Virus record (IMG/VR): IMGVR_UViG_3300031603_000001
Span: 96,001 to 160,000 of that record
Origin: a virus
Length of the DNA stretch: 64,000 bases
Direction: 5' to 3' (one strand)
Part shown: piece after piece, positions 9,552-20,657 of the stretch
How positions within the stretch are numbered: the first letter of the stretch is position 1
How the letters are laid out: every line of letters begins with the position of its first letter
Notes under the pieces: model-generated
What the model saw: only the letters and a program-made list of their open reading frames with translations
Databases searched by the model: none
What the model was told of the DNA's origin: nothing
Made by a program: the position numbers and the translations under genes

Positions 9552-10432
9552 GTGCCTCCTAGTCCGTATGAGTTTAGCATCTCAAATAAGATACCAATCT
9601 CTGCATTTAATTGTATTAATTGCTCCTCTGTTATAGGAGCCGCTGTCTCTGACATTACGGGTTCAGGTCTAATAAACCCATCTAATAGTTTTCGAATGTC
9701 ATCTTTACTGGAGACATCACGTAGAGAGCTGAGCTTTCTGGCTTCCTCTGCCTTCGGTATCTCAACAGTAGTTAACATATTCTCAAGAACATCAAAGCCG
9801 GAGCTACTTCCATCTCTAATATTTAGAAGAGCCTGGCTATTACTACCCAGGTCTAATTTACCAGTTGTGGCCAATTGCTGTGCTTGTAGTACAGCACGGA
9901 AGGCGTGATACATATCTTTACGCCACTCCTTGCCGGTTTGCATTGCTCTGCTAGCATTCAATACTTTGTTTCCAGCGTAACTTAAGTACGCATTACACAC
10001 GTGCTTAGATACAAATAGCTCTTTAGCTTTTAACAAAGCCAGGCCTACATCGTTTAACTGCAGTACAGCATGATTTGGAACAAATAAGGTATCAATTACA
10101 TTAGGGCTAGCGTCTAATGCTAGCTTTATGAAGTGCACAATACTGTACACCTTCACATCGTAGGACTTATCACCGTAGATAATATGATGCTGTTGGTACG
10201 TACGGAAGGGATCCACCTTGGCATCGAAGACAGGTATCTCTCCGGCCAAGTACGGAAACATCATATGTACCGGAGGTACACATACTGCATAGATATCTAT
10301 GTCTGACTCGTCAGTAGTAGCACCGTACACTGATGAACCCATCAGTACTTCCAGTACTATATTATTCCGAACGAATGCAGGCATGTCATCCAGAAAACCT
10401 TTTGAATACAGCTTTTGAAGTAAACTTTCCAT
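9545..10432 (-). CDS. DNA polymerase beta-superfamily nucleotidyltransferase (T4 NrdC.11-like/RlaP-like)
   Basis: MGSSVYGATTDESDIDIYAV (hG[GS]x9-13DxD), SPNVID. Confidence 0.82.
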   Translation of the reverse strand: MESLLQKLYSKGFLDDMPAFVRNNIVLEVLMGSSVYGATTDESDIDIYAVCVPPVHMMFPYLAGEIPVFDAKVDPFRTYQQHHIIYGDKSYDVKVYSIVHFIKLALDASPNVIDTLFVPNHAVLQLNDVGLALLKAKELFVSKHVCNAYLSYAGNKVLNASRAMQTGKEWRKDMYHAFRAVLQAQQLATTGKLDLGSNSQALLNIRDGSSSGFDVLENMLTTVEIPKAEEARKLSSLRDVSSKDDIRKLLDGFIRPEPVMSETAAPITEEQLIQLNAEIGILFEMLNSYGLGGTC

Positions 10433-11205
10433 TTACGTTATTCCGATTTTTATAAACCTACTTTTTAGATCCTCTTACACGAGGCTTGCTTTCAGCGATT
10501 ACGGTGCTGAAGTATATATTTCATATTGTGTATATGAACAACAACGCTAGCGCCATACTCAGGGCATGTACAGATTGCAGTTCTTTCTGCATCCACGCCC
10601 GTCCGCCCAGGCTGGGTTCGACGTCAATAACGCGAACCCTGTCACCTGTAGCAAACTTAGACGCTTTATGCATCTTCGTATTCGGCAGCCAGGGCACTAG
10701 GGATACGTGTTCCCAATTGCTCTAATGTAGCTACCGCTAGATTTACCTTAGCTTTACGAGATTTAGCGGTACTCAGCGCTGTAGCTGCTGTGACATCCGA
10801 CTTAATCTGGGCAATACCGTCGGTATAGCCTTCTAGTTGTTCCAAAACATGTTCCGGAATAGCTACGCTAAGACGCATCATTGATGCTACTGCGCGTTCT
10901 AGTGACCTTTGACGACCCTCTAGTTCAGAGTAAACATCATCACCGGCACAGTATGAGAATCCAAAGAAACGAGCACCACCGTAGGTGATGTTCTCTTTAT
11001 TGACTTCGTCAATTTCTTTAATCTCACAGATAGTGACAGATTGAATCTCTGGTGGAAACTTTGCATCAGGAAACTCCTGAGCAAATAAGGCTTCTACCAT
11101 GTACAACTGATCACCATTATACTCTACAAAAGTAGTCTTCATACTACCTCCATCTTTAGTTAGTCGCACATAGCGACACCGGCCGTATTGGCCGTATTCA
11201 TGATA

Positions 11206-11535
11206 TCACGATCCAAGAGCTATGCTCTCAAATGATTCAACAGCGCGTATCATCTTCTCCAACTCTTCAATGAGTTCTGGAGCAGATGTATTATATATGC
11301 TAGATCTAAAATACAAGATATTAGGCGTACTACTGTTGCTAGGGCAATAACATCTAACATACGCCATATTGGTTAATGAAATCTCAACCGTAAGTTTAGT
11401 TTGGGCATATTGCTTAGTATAGTACCATTCCTTGGTTTTAACACCATCGTACAAATATGAATGAGTGGCAGAGAATCCACGTACTAACAGATCTCCAATT
11501 ATCCTATCTTTGGCAATTTCGAGTTTAGCGCCCAT
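11206..11535 (-). CDS. hypothetical protein (MGAK paralog)
   Basis: 109-aa ORF; N-terminus resembles the upstream gene. Confidence 0.6.
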   Translation of the reverse strand: MGAKLEIAKDRIIGDLLVRGFSATHSYLYDGVKTKEWYYTKQYAQTKLTVEISLTNMAYVRCYCPSNSSTPNILYFRSSIYNTSAPELIEELEKMIRAVESFESIALGS

Positions 11536-11909
11536 TACCTGACCGCATTAAACTGCATATTATCAATAAACACTGCCATAGCTAGTTTTACTTGTTCCCA
11601 GACTGCAGCTAATTCATGAACATCTGCAATATAAATACCAGTACCGTAATCAACAATGTTATTACTCCACTTGCCATTTACAACAAAAGCAAGACTTACA
11701 CTAACACCAGCGTCAATACAAAGGTAAGCATGCGCAGTACATTGATTCTTCTTTTTACGCTTCATGCCGAATGTACCAAGGTTCTTTTGTAGAAAGTAAA
11801 ACCTCGCTTTACTATCATGGCCGCGATAACGAACGCCTGAAGTAGGATACCCTAATTCAAGGAAATCATCAATTACGAGTTCTTTGACTGCATCAGCTTT
11901 AGCTCCCAT
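11535..11909 (-). CDS. hypothetical protein (MGAK paralog)
   Basis: 124-aa ORF; N-terminus resembles the downstream gene. Confidence 0.6.
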   Translation of the reverse strand: MGAKADAVKELVIDDFLELGYPTSGVRYRGHDSKARFYFLQKNLGTFGMKRKKKNQCTAHAYLCIDAGVSVSLAFVVNGKWSNNIVDYGTGIYIADVHELAAVWEQVKLAMAVFIDNMQFNAVR

Positions 11910-12687
11910 CAGGAGCTCCTGGATCCATTGCTCTTGCTAACAGATGTGACCATTCTTCTTTATTCCATTGCCAGGCTTTAGCCATGGCCATTACGGAAAT
12001 GGGAGCAACCTCTTCAGCTTTATCAAGTAGAGCACCAGCGTACAGTTGCATCTCAAATTGTGCATGCGGTGAAAAACGTAACCCGATGAAATGCATCAGA
12101 TTGTGTAAATTCACAGTAGCGTAAAACTCTGTGTACATATTCTGAGGCAGAACCATACGAGCTTGTTCACGAGCAACACCTTGTTTAATCAATAGATTGT
12201 ACAAGCCCAGGCCCTCAAGAGCGTGATTACGTAAAACCTGATGAACAGGCTGTTTCTGTATATCGGAATAAAGTAAATCACTAATTTCGATATCCAGCGT
12301 ACGAATCATAGAAGAACCACCAACAGATTGTTGTTTGTCTTCTCCGTCACTTTGTGAACGTAATCCCTCAGGAAGGAAGAACTCAATGTTCTCGCCAGTG
12401 TATCTGCGACTTACTTCGTTGTATGACCATGTACGATGCCTATGCCACTGCCTGGCAATGAACAGAGGGCATTTCACATGAAAAGTGAAGGTAACATGCT
12501 CAAAAGGAGATGTATGACGTTCCTGCGCCAAATAGACGATTAACTTCTCATCTTTCTTAGTGAGCAAATCCGCACGTTTACCGAATGATACCCGAGCTGC
12601 ATTTACGACATCGATGTCTCCACCAGATGCTTTAACAAGATTGACGAAGCCTATGTCATCGTGTAATACGAAAGTTTCTTTACTCAT
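11899..12687 (-). CDS. thyX: flavin-dependent thymidylate synthase
   Basis: RHTSPFEH, RQWHRHRTWSYNEVSRRY, QAREQARMVLP-like segment, NLHNLMHF, AQFE. Confidence 0.96.
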   Translation of the reverse strand: MSKETFVLHDDIGFVNLVKASGGDIDVVNAARVSFGKRADLLTKKDEKLIVYLAQERHTSPFEHVTFTFHVKCPLFIARQWHRHRTWSYNEVSRRYTGENIEFFLPEGLRSQSDGEDKQQSVGGSSMIRTLDIEISDLLYSDIQKQPVHQVLRNHALEGLGLYNLLIKQGVAREQARMVLPQNMYTEFYATVNLHNLMHFIGLRFSPHAQFEMQLYAGALLDKAEEVAPISVMAMAKAWQWNKEEWSHLLARAMDPGAPDGS

Positions 12688-13020
12688 AGTTCACACTCCA
12701 CCCATACTTTTGTTATAACATGATCCATGGAATCAAATCCACCCTCTTCTGGGAAATAGGCTATTGCCATTTGACGGATCTTTTGATCTTGTACATCAGC
12801 AGGGCATGTATATTCTTCTATTGGAATAGTAATTGCATATTCATAATCGTCAGATGTAAATACCCATTTCTGTTCTTTAGTCTTACGATCACGCCAGGCT
12901 ATGCCTAGCTTTACATAAACAAGCTCATCATCAATAAATTGAGCATGATCTTTGCATTGTGCACAGATGTCGGATTCATCCATGTCCATCCAATGACCTG
13001 CTGTACAGCATAAGCTTACA

Positions 13021-13524
13021 TCACTCATCGGTTAACGCCTCCACAGTTTGTATACCTACATGAGGTAAATTTGTAGTATAATTAGAAACTATACCAATTC
13101 TAACATAATCAGGATCTTTATCCGGCCATGCAGTGGATGCAGCAACGACATTACCGTTTTTATAAACCCAAAGTACATAACTAGGTTTGAGTTCATGCCC
13201 GTGCTCTTTGAGCATTGCTTTTACATTAGAAGCCCTGTACGTGATGTCAGTATGATCTTGATGAATAAACTCAGGCTTATCATCAACCCATATGTCTATT
13301 TTAATACCAGCAGCTTCCATTACAGGGATCTTAGCTTTACGGTCAGTGTAGAACACGCCTTGTACATGTGCAGTATGCTGTTCCGGTATGTGCTCGTCGA
13401 CATTGTCGAAACGAGCTGTAACCAGGTAACACTTATGGCCGTATCTGTTGAAAGTGCTTATTACTTTACTGAAGGTACCGGGATCTGCAGAATAAGTGTC
13501 ATCGTAATCGATGGCTATATTCAA
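13021..13524 (-). CDS. HAD-family phosphatase (5'-nucleotidase-like)
   Basis: IAIDYDDTY (DxDxT), VTAR, K, IDIWVDDKPE. Confidence 0.8.
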   Translation of the reverse strand: MNIAIDYDDTYSADPGTFSKVISTFNRYGHKCYLVTARFDNVDEHIPEQHTAHVQGVFYTDRKAKIPVMEAAGIKIDIWVDDKPEFIHQDHTDITYRASNVKAMLKEHGHELKPSYVLWVYKNGNVVAASTAWPDKDPDYVRIGIVSNYTTNLPHVGIQTVEALTDE

Positions 13525-13747
13525 TGAAATCGCCCAGGAGGAGGATTAATAACTTCAACGGTCTTACCCTCGCGTAATGCCTTTAGAATACGTAAAGCGT
13601 ATTCTAAATCTGTGCCGAAACCGGCTTGATAGCAGTCCTCATCAGTTTGGCCTTCGAAACCTTTACAGTTATCACTGTAATCGTTACAACGGTTTTCTAA
13701 TGCTTGAATACTATTCTCTAGTTGTTCCTTTGATACTAATGTTATAC

Positions 13748-14287
13748 TCATCTTTGTCCTGCCTGATTTCCGCCCAACCATGCTACCATCTCAGCAGCCT
13801 TGTAAACATCGGGCACTATATAATGTGCAGTTCCTCGCACAAATGGGTGTAGAGCAGGAGCTCCTGCTAATTCAGGATCCGCAATGACAATAACAGTCTT
13901 AGATGGATCATCATACGCCCATGCTAATTCATAGATTGTACCCAGAATGATCTTCTCAGGTAAATAATGATTCAGATTTGCAACAATCACGTTGGACTGC
14001 TTTACCATCTCACGATCTTTGCTAAGGATCAATGATCCCTTCCAATTATTATGAGCTGATTTAATCGCCTCTTTAACAGTAACATCCTCATCCCAGGCTT
14101 CGCCTTCGGTCGGGTCCAATACAGTTATAGTACGCTGCCAAGGGAGTTGATCTCGGAATTCATAAGTTAATGTTTCCTTAAACTCATTACGCCATAACGT
14201 AGTTGGGTTCTGAGGATGTGGCCAGTCTTTAGGCCTAGGGCCCATCTGCCCAGCAAGGTACACAGTCACTTTCATTGATATCTCCAT
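13748..14287 (-). CDS. nucleoside 2-deoxyribosyltransferase/N-glycosidase-like protein
   Basis: VYLAG, LDP, D..MVKQSNVIVANL, GTIYELAWA. Confidence 0.75.
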   Translation of the reverse strand: MEISMKVTVYLAGQMGPRPKDWPHPQNPTTLWRNEFKETLTYEFRDQLPWQRTITVLDPTEGEAWDEDVTVKEAIKSAHNNWKGSLILSKDREMVKQSNVIVANLNHYLPEKIILGTIYELAWAYDDPSKTVIVIADPELAGAPALHPFVRGTAHYIVPDVYKAAEMVAWLGGNQAGQR

Positions 14288-14405
14288 TCACATACGACCA
14301 TAGTGCCGTCTGCGGGAGCAAACTCCTTTTTGGGCATATTATCGTAATTTACGGTTAAAGCTAGGAATACTATTCCGTATAGAATAATAAGAAGTTGTAT
14401 ATATG

Positions 14406-14576
14406 TCATGTCATAACACCATTCAAACAAGCGTGTATAATAGTAATGCCAAATACATCACCCATAGTCATCTCGCTGATTAACTTAGCGGATTCAATAT
14501 TACCTAATATAGGGTCACAGCCAGCAATAAGAAATAAAACTACACTTAAAAGTGCAACATAACGCTTACGTTTCAT
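14406..14576 (-). CDS. small putative lipoprotein (below ORF-track cutoff)
   Basis: Manual translation MKRKRYVALLSVVLFLIAGCDP.. has a lipobox-like IAGC. Confidence 0.5.
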   Translation of the reverse strand: MKRKRYVALLSVVLFLIAGCDPILGNIESAKLISEMTMGDVFGITIIHACLNGVMT

Positions 14577-14783
14577 TTGATTCTCTCCACTTTGAGATCT
14601 GAACGATCTCCAATAATAGATTCTCCATTATAAACAGTCATCCCTGTAGTAAGAAGAGTAAAAGCTTTTCCCATTCTAGCAGGAGTCCCCTGTGGTAGGC
14701 AAGCCGCCACAGAGAGCTTATCAGAGGAGTCAAGAGCGATGTACGCAATTAAGATAGCGCCACCTTCTTTGACTACCTCGTCT

Positions 14784-15329
14784 TTAATTTGTTTTAGTAG
14801 TTTTGTCGACAGCATCTGCCGCTACCTCTTCAACTTTCGGATCTGCCGCTACCTCTCCTATTGGATTAGCATCGACGTAGCCGGCTATCTCCATAACAAT
14901 CATAGCATCATCGCCTTCAAAATCAATGTGATTTGTGTTAAGATACTCCATAACACCACGAAGGTACTTATCAGAAGCCTCATTACCACCACCAGCCTTG
15001 GCGATTATAGTCACAACATCGGCCATAGAAGGTAGATTAAATATGTACTTAGCTAAGACAGATTCTGTCTTTAAAAGCGTTGCATCTAATCCCATGTATT
15101 CCATAGCAAATCCTGCCATACGCATTGTCATAACGCGTTCACCAGGACTGTACAACGAGGATGCCTCACTATCAGGATTGGTAGCTAATACAGTAGCACC
15201 TAAAGGGCGATTGCGTTCAGCCGTGGTATCAAGAAGATCGATACCACCGTCACTCTTGTTTTGTTTAGGATCACGTAGTACAATGATGTGATCATTCATG
15301 GGTTTTGGGGTTAAAACATTAACAGTCAT
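14784..15329 (-). CDS. groES: GroES-like co-chaperonin with C-terminal extension
   Basis: KPMNDHIIV, KSDGGI.L, ATVLAT.P, GERV; about 80 extra C-terminal residues. Confidence 0.75.
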   Translation of the reverse strand: MTVNVLTPKPMNDHIIVLRDPKQNKSDGGIDLLDTTAERNRPLGATVLATNPDSEASSLYSPGERVMTMRMAGFAMEYMGLDATLLKTESVLAKYIFNLPSMADVVTIIAKAGGGNEASDKYLRGVMEYLNTNHIDFEGDDAMIVMEIAGYVDANPIGEVAADPKVEEVAADAVDKTTKTN

Positions 15330-15336
15330 AATATTC

Positions 15337-15876
15337 CTATATACGAAATGTCGTATTAGCTATGCCGGTGATTAATACAGCGGCAGCGTCAAGTTGATGC
15401 TCAACTATGGTTTTAGCAGTTGGCCACTTAACAGTTGGGAATCTCTTACGCACAGCATCGGCGACGTCCTTTTTAGACGCATTAGAGTTCCCGGTCATTT
15501 TCTTTTTAACATCCCCTGCTGATAACCACATAACGGGTATGCCATACATGCGAGGAATGATGGTGGTGAAAGACTTAGCAATAGCTAAACCAATGGCCGC
15601 TCTTGAAGACTTTGCCCCACCTGATACTGTTTCTACATAAAAGACTGAAGGACGATACTTCTCTATGAGAGTTACCATCTCGTCAGTAATATCACTGATT
15701 CTGCGGGCTGTGTCATCCGCGACGTAAATACCCCGCTTCTTTGACTCATTCTTTGTTCTGATATTACCGTGAGCCTTTAATGACTTACGTCCACTATCAA
15801 ATACCACATAACCAGTATTGGTAAACGAAGGATCCAAGGCTATTGCCATATTTGGATCTGGTATATATTTCATCAT
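15337..15876 (-). CDS. ruvC: RuvC-like Holliday junction resolvase
   Basis: IALDPSFTNTGY, FYVE, VKKKMTGNSNASKKDV, HQLDAAAV. Confidence 0.88.
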   Translation of the reverse strand: MMKYIPDPNMAIALDPSFTNTGYVVFDSGRKSLKAHGNIRTKNESKKRGIYVADDTARRISDITDEMVTLIEKYRPSVFYVETVSGGAKSSRAAIGLAIAKSFTTIIPRMYGIPVMWLSAGDVKKKMTGNSNASKKDVADAVRKRFPTVKWPTAKTIVEHQLDAAAVLITGIANTTFRI

Positions 15877-16268
15877 AACGTTAATGATCCCATACGCTCT
15901 TCGAGGTCATCTAGCGCAGACTGTGTTTGAAACAGTGAGCCTACTAGGCCCATCCAATCCTCAAGTCTCATGTGTGCCATTTCGCCTTTACCTTGAACAC
16001 CTGTAAAGAATACAGGTACAGCTCCCCCACGTACAATCTGTGACTCAGCCTTTTGCCATTCGACCCAAGGTATAGTATGATTTTTCCTAGCACCACTAGG
16101 AGAGTCTTTACATTCTCCCCCTAGTCTGATTGGATACGTACTGTCATGGGTCATACGCATATCTGCATTGCCTAACGCATTACCAGAACCAGCAGTACCA
16201 ATAAATGGAACTCCATGATCTTCTGCAAGCGCAAGTACTAGTGCTTCTAAGCGTTGGCGAGGACTCAT
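15873..16268 (-). CDS. PD-(D/E)xK nuclease, Hjc-like resolvase
   Basis: GSG..GNAD..GGECKD, W.KAESQ, PVFF. Confidence 0.6.
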   Translation of the reverse strand: MSPRQRLEALVLALAEDHGVPFIGTAGSGNALGNADMRMTHDSTYPIRLGGECKDSPSGARKNHTIPWVEWQKAESQIVRGGAVPVFFTGVQGKGEMAHMRLEDWMGLVGSLFQTQSALDDLEERMGSLTL

Positions 16269-17512
16269 GTGTCTAAACCATGTGCAAGTGAAAACACTAC
16301 GCGGAAAGCTACACCCTCGATAGGTTTATCAAAACAATCCAACATCCCTATATGGGGATGCCCGCCAAGATCTTCATTCTTAGTGTAATGGACTGTAATG
16401 TTTTCTACTTGCCCAGCAAGCTTATGCAACATATGCATGGTAATAGTATCGTACTGCATAGCGAATGCTTCTTTATGCTTTCCGATTTCAGTACCACTTA
16501 CCTCTACTGTCTCAGCAGCAGCATGCTTATTGTTACGAGTATACACATCAGCAACAGTCTTGCCTATAGGAACGCGTACGTTCATACGGCCAGCACTGAA
16601 TTGCTCGATTCGTTTCAAAGTAGCATGCATAAGATCAATGTTCCATGAGAACTCATTCTTAGGCTTACCCTTGAATTGCTCCAAAGCGTCGTCAACATCT
16701 TGGTTTGACTCAGGCTCGCATCCACATACCATACGCTTTAGCTTATCCTCTGATTCGAAACCAATCAGATTATCAGTCTTATGCTTAGGAAGTAGTACAC
16801 GAATATCCGCACTCTGCAGATTCTTAACCTTACGGAAAGTAAACAACGGTACGTATACCGTAAACTCTCTCTTAAGCTCAGGAGCCTCTACATAGAACAT
16901 ACCCATCATACGATGGGTACGAGTGAATATACGTAGATACCACTTCTTTGTTGTAGGTTGTTGAATAGCTTGTAGACGAATAAATTGAGTAGAATCATCC
17001 AGCATCAGACGCACTTTGTCAAACAAGCGCATCATTACACTGTAATCTACCATTCCGACGCAATCCATATCCCATGCTGGGACAATTAATGCATCCGGAT
17101 CCAGTAATCCTATTTGATACTTACCGTGTTTACTCTTAAGCTGAAGCTCAGAGATCATACCTGAAGAATCTTCCGGTACAGTAATATTAATAGTATCACC
17201 CTTATCAGTTAAATCCAGAGTAGTTTGAATCTGGTTGTACTGCATGATAAGCTTACGACCATGAGTAGTAATCTTCTCAAGAGGCACGAATGCTCTACAT
17301 TGAATAGCACCATTGAAGGTGGATACTTCTGCCATACGCTTCTTGGCATGTGTTCTGATAGTAATTAGATTAGCATCTGGACCAGCTGACGCTGATTTTA
17401 GCCCTGGTGCACAATATACAATTGAATTAAGCAATGCATCACGTTCCCCTACTAAAGACAATACTGTCGGAGTCGGAGTCGGAGAAGCAGGCTTAGGTGG
17501 TGTTGAGGTCAT
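16265..17512 (-). CDS. probable beta-type sliding clamp (DnaN-like)
   Basis: Size about 400 aa, DnaN-like N-terminal pattern and repeated alpha/beta character, location in the replication block; no diagnostic motif. Confidence 0.45.
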   Translation of the reverse strand: MTSTPPKPASPTPTPTVLSLVGERDALLNSIVYCAPGLKSASAGPDANLITIRTHAKKRMAEVSTFNGAIQCRAFVPLEKITTHGRKLIMQYNQIQTTLDLTDKGDTINITVPEDSSGMISELQLKSKHGKYQIGLLDPDALIVPAWDMDCVGMVDYSVMMRLFDKVRLMLDDSTQFIRLQAIQQPTTKKWYLRIFTRTHRMMGMFYVEAPELKREFTVYVPLFTFRKVKNLQSADIRVLLPKHKTDNLIGFESEDKLKRMVCGCEPESNQDVDDALEQFKGKPKNEFSWNIDLMHATLKRIEQFSAGRMNVRVPIGKTVADVYTRNNKHAAAETVEVSGTEIGKHKEAFAMQYDTITMHMLHKLAGQVENITVHYTKNEDLGGHPHIGMLDCFDKPIEGVAFRVVFSLAHGLDT

Positions 17513-18654
17513 GTATTTCCTCTATCATCTTAAATATGTTTTCAACAATTTCCTGGTACCCAGAATCTGCTTGCTCTGTTATCACTTTACGAAGCAAATC
17601 TAAGTCATCTTTTGATACTACAGGGTAATTGAAATATCCGGCAATACTCTTAACTGCATTAGCTACAGTAACTTGTAGTGCCTCAGCTCTAGGAGTCCCT
17701 GCTTGTTCTTTACGGGACGCCTCAATCTTTATAATACCAATAATGGTATTAATGTACTCAGGTATATCAGGCATTAACTGCTTCTACACCCTTCATAAGG
17801 AAACCTAACTGAGCCTTAGCGGCATTGATAGACACCTCATTATGCACTTCAAGAAGTGTTCTTAATTCTTGTGAATTACTCTGAACAGCTGCTATATAAA
17901 TAAGCAGCATATTAAGATTATGCTCTAACGAAGTGCTAATAAACTCAGCAGCTAAGTCGTCCTCGGCAACAATCTCGTCTAGATTTGGAAATACTTTACT
18001 CACACTGAATGCCAATGTTGTATGGCTTTCTAGTGGAGAAGGGTCGGGAGAAAACACAATAGTGATATTCTCATCGGTTTGTGAAACATTAAGCATAGAT
18101 TCCTTCTCTCATGGAGGGAATATACATCTAAAAGCAACAGTACGCAAGCGTAAAGTTGCTTAATATAGATATATTATTTAACCGAATACCCCTTGGTACC
18201 GGTATAACCCAGTAACCATGGAAGATTTGGCAATTGTGGCAAGAGTTCTACCTCTTCATCGACTATAGTCAAAAACTTCGACCACATCACAGTTACCTCT
18301 TGTAATGTAGTAGGACTAGGCATTGGAGATTTCCAGCCTAGATCTGATATAGGACACCTACGTGCTGAAGGTGACCAGGGAATAGTTAATGCAAACTCCC
18401 CTGAGGCACTGTCCACGATAGATGCGAGTAGTAGCGTCTTTGTAACAGTATTAACACCAAGTACTTCTGCATGGTTACCGTTATACCCTTCAGCGAAGGC
18501 TACAAATGAGAAATCCATTATAGATGTACCAGAATGTATAGGTTTCATCACTTTCCAAAAGGTATTGATTTGAACCTGTAGCTGTCTTTTTAACTCTACT
18601 TGATGTAAATACTCAAGGGCATCTGTTTGTTTAGAAATGATTCCCCAGATATCA

Positions 18655-19173
18655 TTAATTGTAGGGCCCATCATAGTGATATAGTTTCCCTTTTTTATGA
18701 CCAAACTGTACAGCTTCTGCATAGTTTATCATGTAGACATCGCCGCGTGAGATCCAACGTTTATTCATTGTGTCTTCCACAACCATCTCTAACATAACCA
18801 ACACGGTGTCACCGTATTCGATGTAAGCACCCCCATACCCATACGGAATTAGCATCTCACGACTAAGGGCTAGCCCTCCGCCGTATATCTGCTTATTACT
18901 TGCCGTTATGTTTGGCGTATCATCAGTCTGATTAACCAAAGCATTGTACGCAGTGAACACTAAAGGTTTACTGTTGGTCAGTATCCCAACGACTCTGCGT
19001 AAATCAGCATTTGCCGTGCGTTCTAAGAACAAGGCTTGCTCATACTCAGCGCCTTGCTGTACATATTGACTGTTCTTTACAGTAGCATTACCAAGGTGAT
19101 TGTTATGCATAAGTCCCATTGTAAACAATAGCCCTGTAATAACAATTCCACTAAATATATTAGATGCTTTCAT
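18655..19173 (-). CDS. 3D-domain (MltA-like) peptidoglycan-acting protein with N-terminal TM/signal
   Basis: FTAYN...QTDDTPNITAS, ALSR, VEDTMNKR..RGDVYM. Confidence 0.8.
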   Translation of the reverse strand: MKASNIFSGIVITGLLFTMGLMHNNHLGNATVKNSQYVQQGAEYEQALFLERTANADLRRVVGILTNSKPLVFTAYNALVNQTDDTPNITASNKQIYGGGLALSREMLIPYGYGGAYIEYGDTVLVMLEMVVEDTMNKRWISRGDVYMINYAEAVQFGHKKGKLYHYDGPYN

Positions 19174-20072
19174 AGATTACTCTGATAGAAATACGTCAAC
19201 AGCTTCGGCCTCTTCAGGACTGAGCAATTCGAGAGCTGGCGCATCTAATTTAAAGTTAAGCTTACGTTTGTCTCCTTCGTTAACAGTGTATCTAATTTGA
19301 GACACAATATGTTGTACAGAATCGAGAATGGTAGGCTTAGGTAATGTAGTAAACATCACCTGCTTGTTTTTAAACAAGTCAGTATCTGCAGGTCTTGACG
19401 TAGCAATCCAGCCTTCGTCATATCCCATACGGGTTTCGTGTTTTAAATGTATTACAATAAATTCACTCATAGATTTGCCTCTATTTGTGCATTAGGATTG
19501 ATCTTACTAAAACGCTTACGTAACATAATTACGGAAGAGCGTCTATGCCGATCAGCATCCACTAGTGATTTGATATATGTTAGTTCACCTAAACTTAAGG
19601 ATAATCTGGAACACCCATGTACCTTAGTAGTCTGTCGTTCCCACGCTAGCCCTAGTTTCTCTTGGGTAACCTGGGGTAAGCTAAACGTACTCATTATAGG
19701 CCGCTTAACTCGCCCATAATATCAATCTGACCTTGTTGAACCAAAGCTTCAGAAGCTGTCTGCCGTATCTTAGCGTCTTCATTTTTAGATAAATCACTAC
19801 GTTCCTTCAGATTAGCTTCGATAGATGTCCTAGCGCCCATACCGTAATTGTAAGCCGTGCCATCAACAGACTTACCTGGGGTACAGGTATAGAATGGTAT
19901 TTCACCCTCCTTTGCAGGTAAAGCTCTCCATGTCCCGCCATAATAGGCAGATAATAGAGTTACGACCTTTGCCCTTGCGGGTTTGGTCATATTCTTTGTT
20001 AGAGATTCAATATCTTCCAGTAAGTGTGTTAACGTACTTTGAACTGGGATCTCGAATCTCTTTGGATACTTC

Positions 20073-20264
20073 TTAGCTATAGCCACTGCTGTAACCGTCC
20101 TTAGCCCATCCGGGCCCTTTAAGTTGGAAAGTCGATGAACTGACCTGTTTCTCGGCAGGTGCCTTACATTGAGGGCATATTACCGGAGTATCTCTCTCGC
20201 TGATCTTAAAGATCTTAATGAACTGGTGCTCACACTCAGTACATTTATATTCATAAACTGCCAT
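20073..20264 (-). CDS. FmdB-family zinc-ribbon protein
   Basis: MAVYEYKCTECEHQF..CPQC...FQLKGPGWAKDGY; AGGAG RBS before the ATG at 20264, so the track start at 20540 is over-extended. Confidence 0.85.
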   Translation of the reverse strand: MAVYEYKCTECEHQFIKIFKISERDTPVICPQCKAPAEKQVSSSTFQLKGPGWAKDGYSSGYS

Positions 20265-20413
20265 TTCATGGCTCCTTAATGAATCCAACATTGAAGCAAA
20301 ACGACGTTGTGTCTGAAACACTTCTCGTTCCAATTCTTCGTATGACTTGATATCCCATAAGAGATCAAAGGTATACGGTAATTCATGGAAACGTCCAGTT
20401 TGTACGCCCTTAA

Positions 20414-20566
20414 TTACCAGGGCCATGCGGACTTGACTGTATAACCAAGCTGTGGCAACATAGGCAACGCTACCACTGTTATGACTCCCAATATAGTAAT
20501 AATAACCATCACTTCTGCAAGTGTGATAGTTTGATACCATTTACGCTTTTTGTAATAGTTGTACAT
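20414..20566 (-). CDS. 50-aa type IV pilin N-terminus-like peptide
   Basis: Manual translation MYNYYKKRKWYQT-ITLAEVMVIITILGVITVVALP..; AAAGGA RBS; below ORF-track cutoff. Confidence 0.55.
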   Translation of the reverse strand: MYNYYKKRKWYQTITLAEVMVIITILGVITVVALPMLPQLGYTVKSAWPW

Positions 20567-20657
20567 AATGAGTTCCTTTACTCTTTATTAATTAAGTGAA
20601 CGGCGAGGAACTCTAGATATACTTCGGGGAACATAAGTACCCTTTTCAATCCAGAAT

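Noticed and set aside
20265-20540. N-terminal 90 aa of the 155-aa ORF 20073-20540
   Set aside because: A strong RBS and the FmdB motif start at 20264, and a better ORF (pilin-like) occupies another frame upstream.
20578-20592. TAATAAAGAGTAA shared with 58058-58070 as a possible phage promoter
   Set aside because: The two copies are on opposite strands relative to transcription, are AT-rich, and there are only two occurrences.
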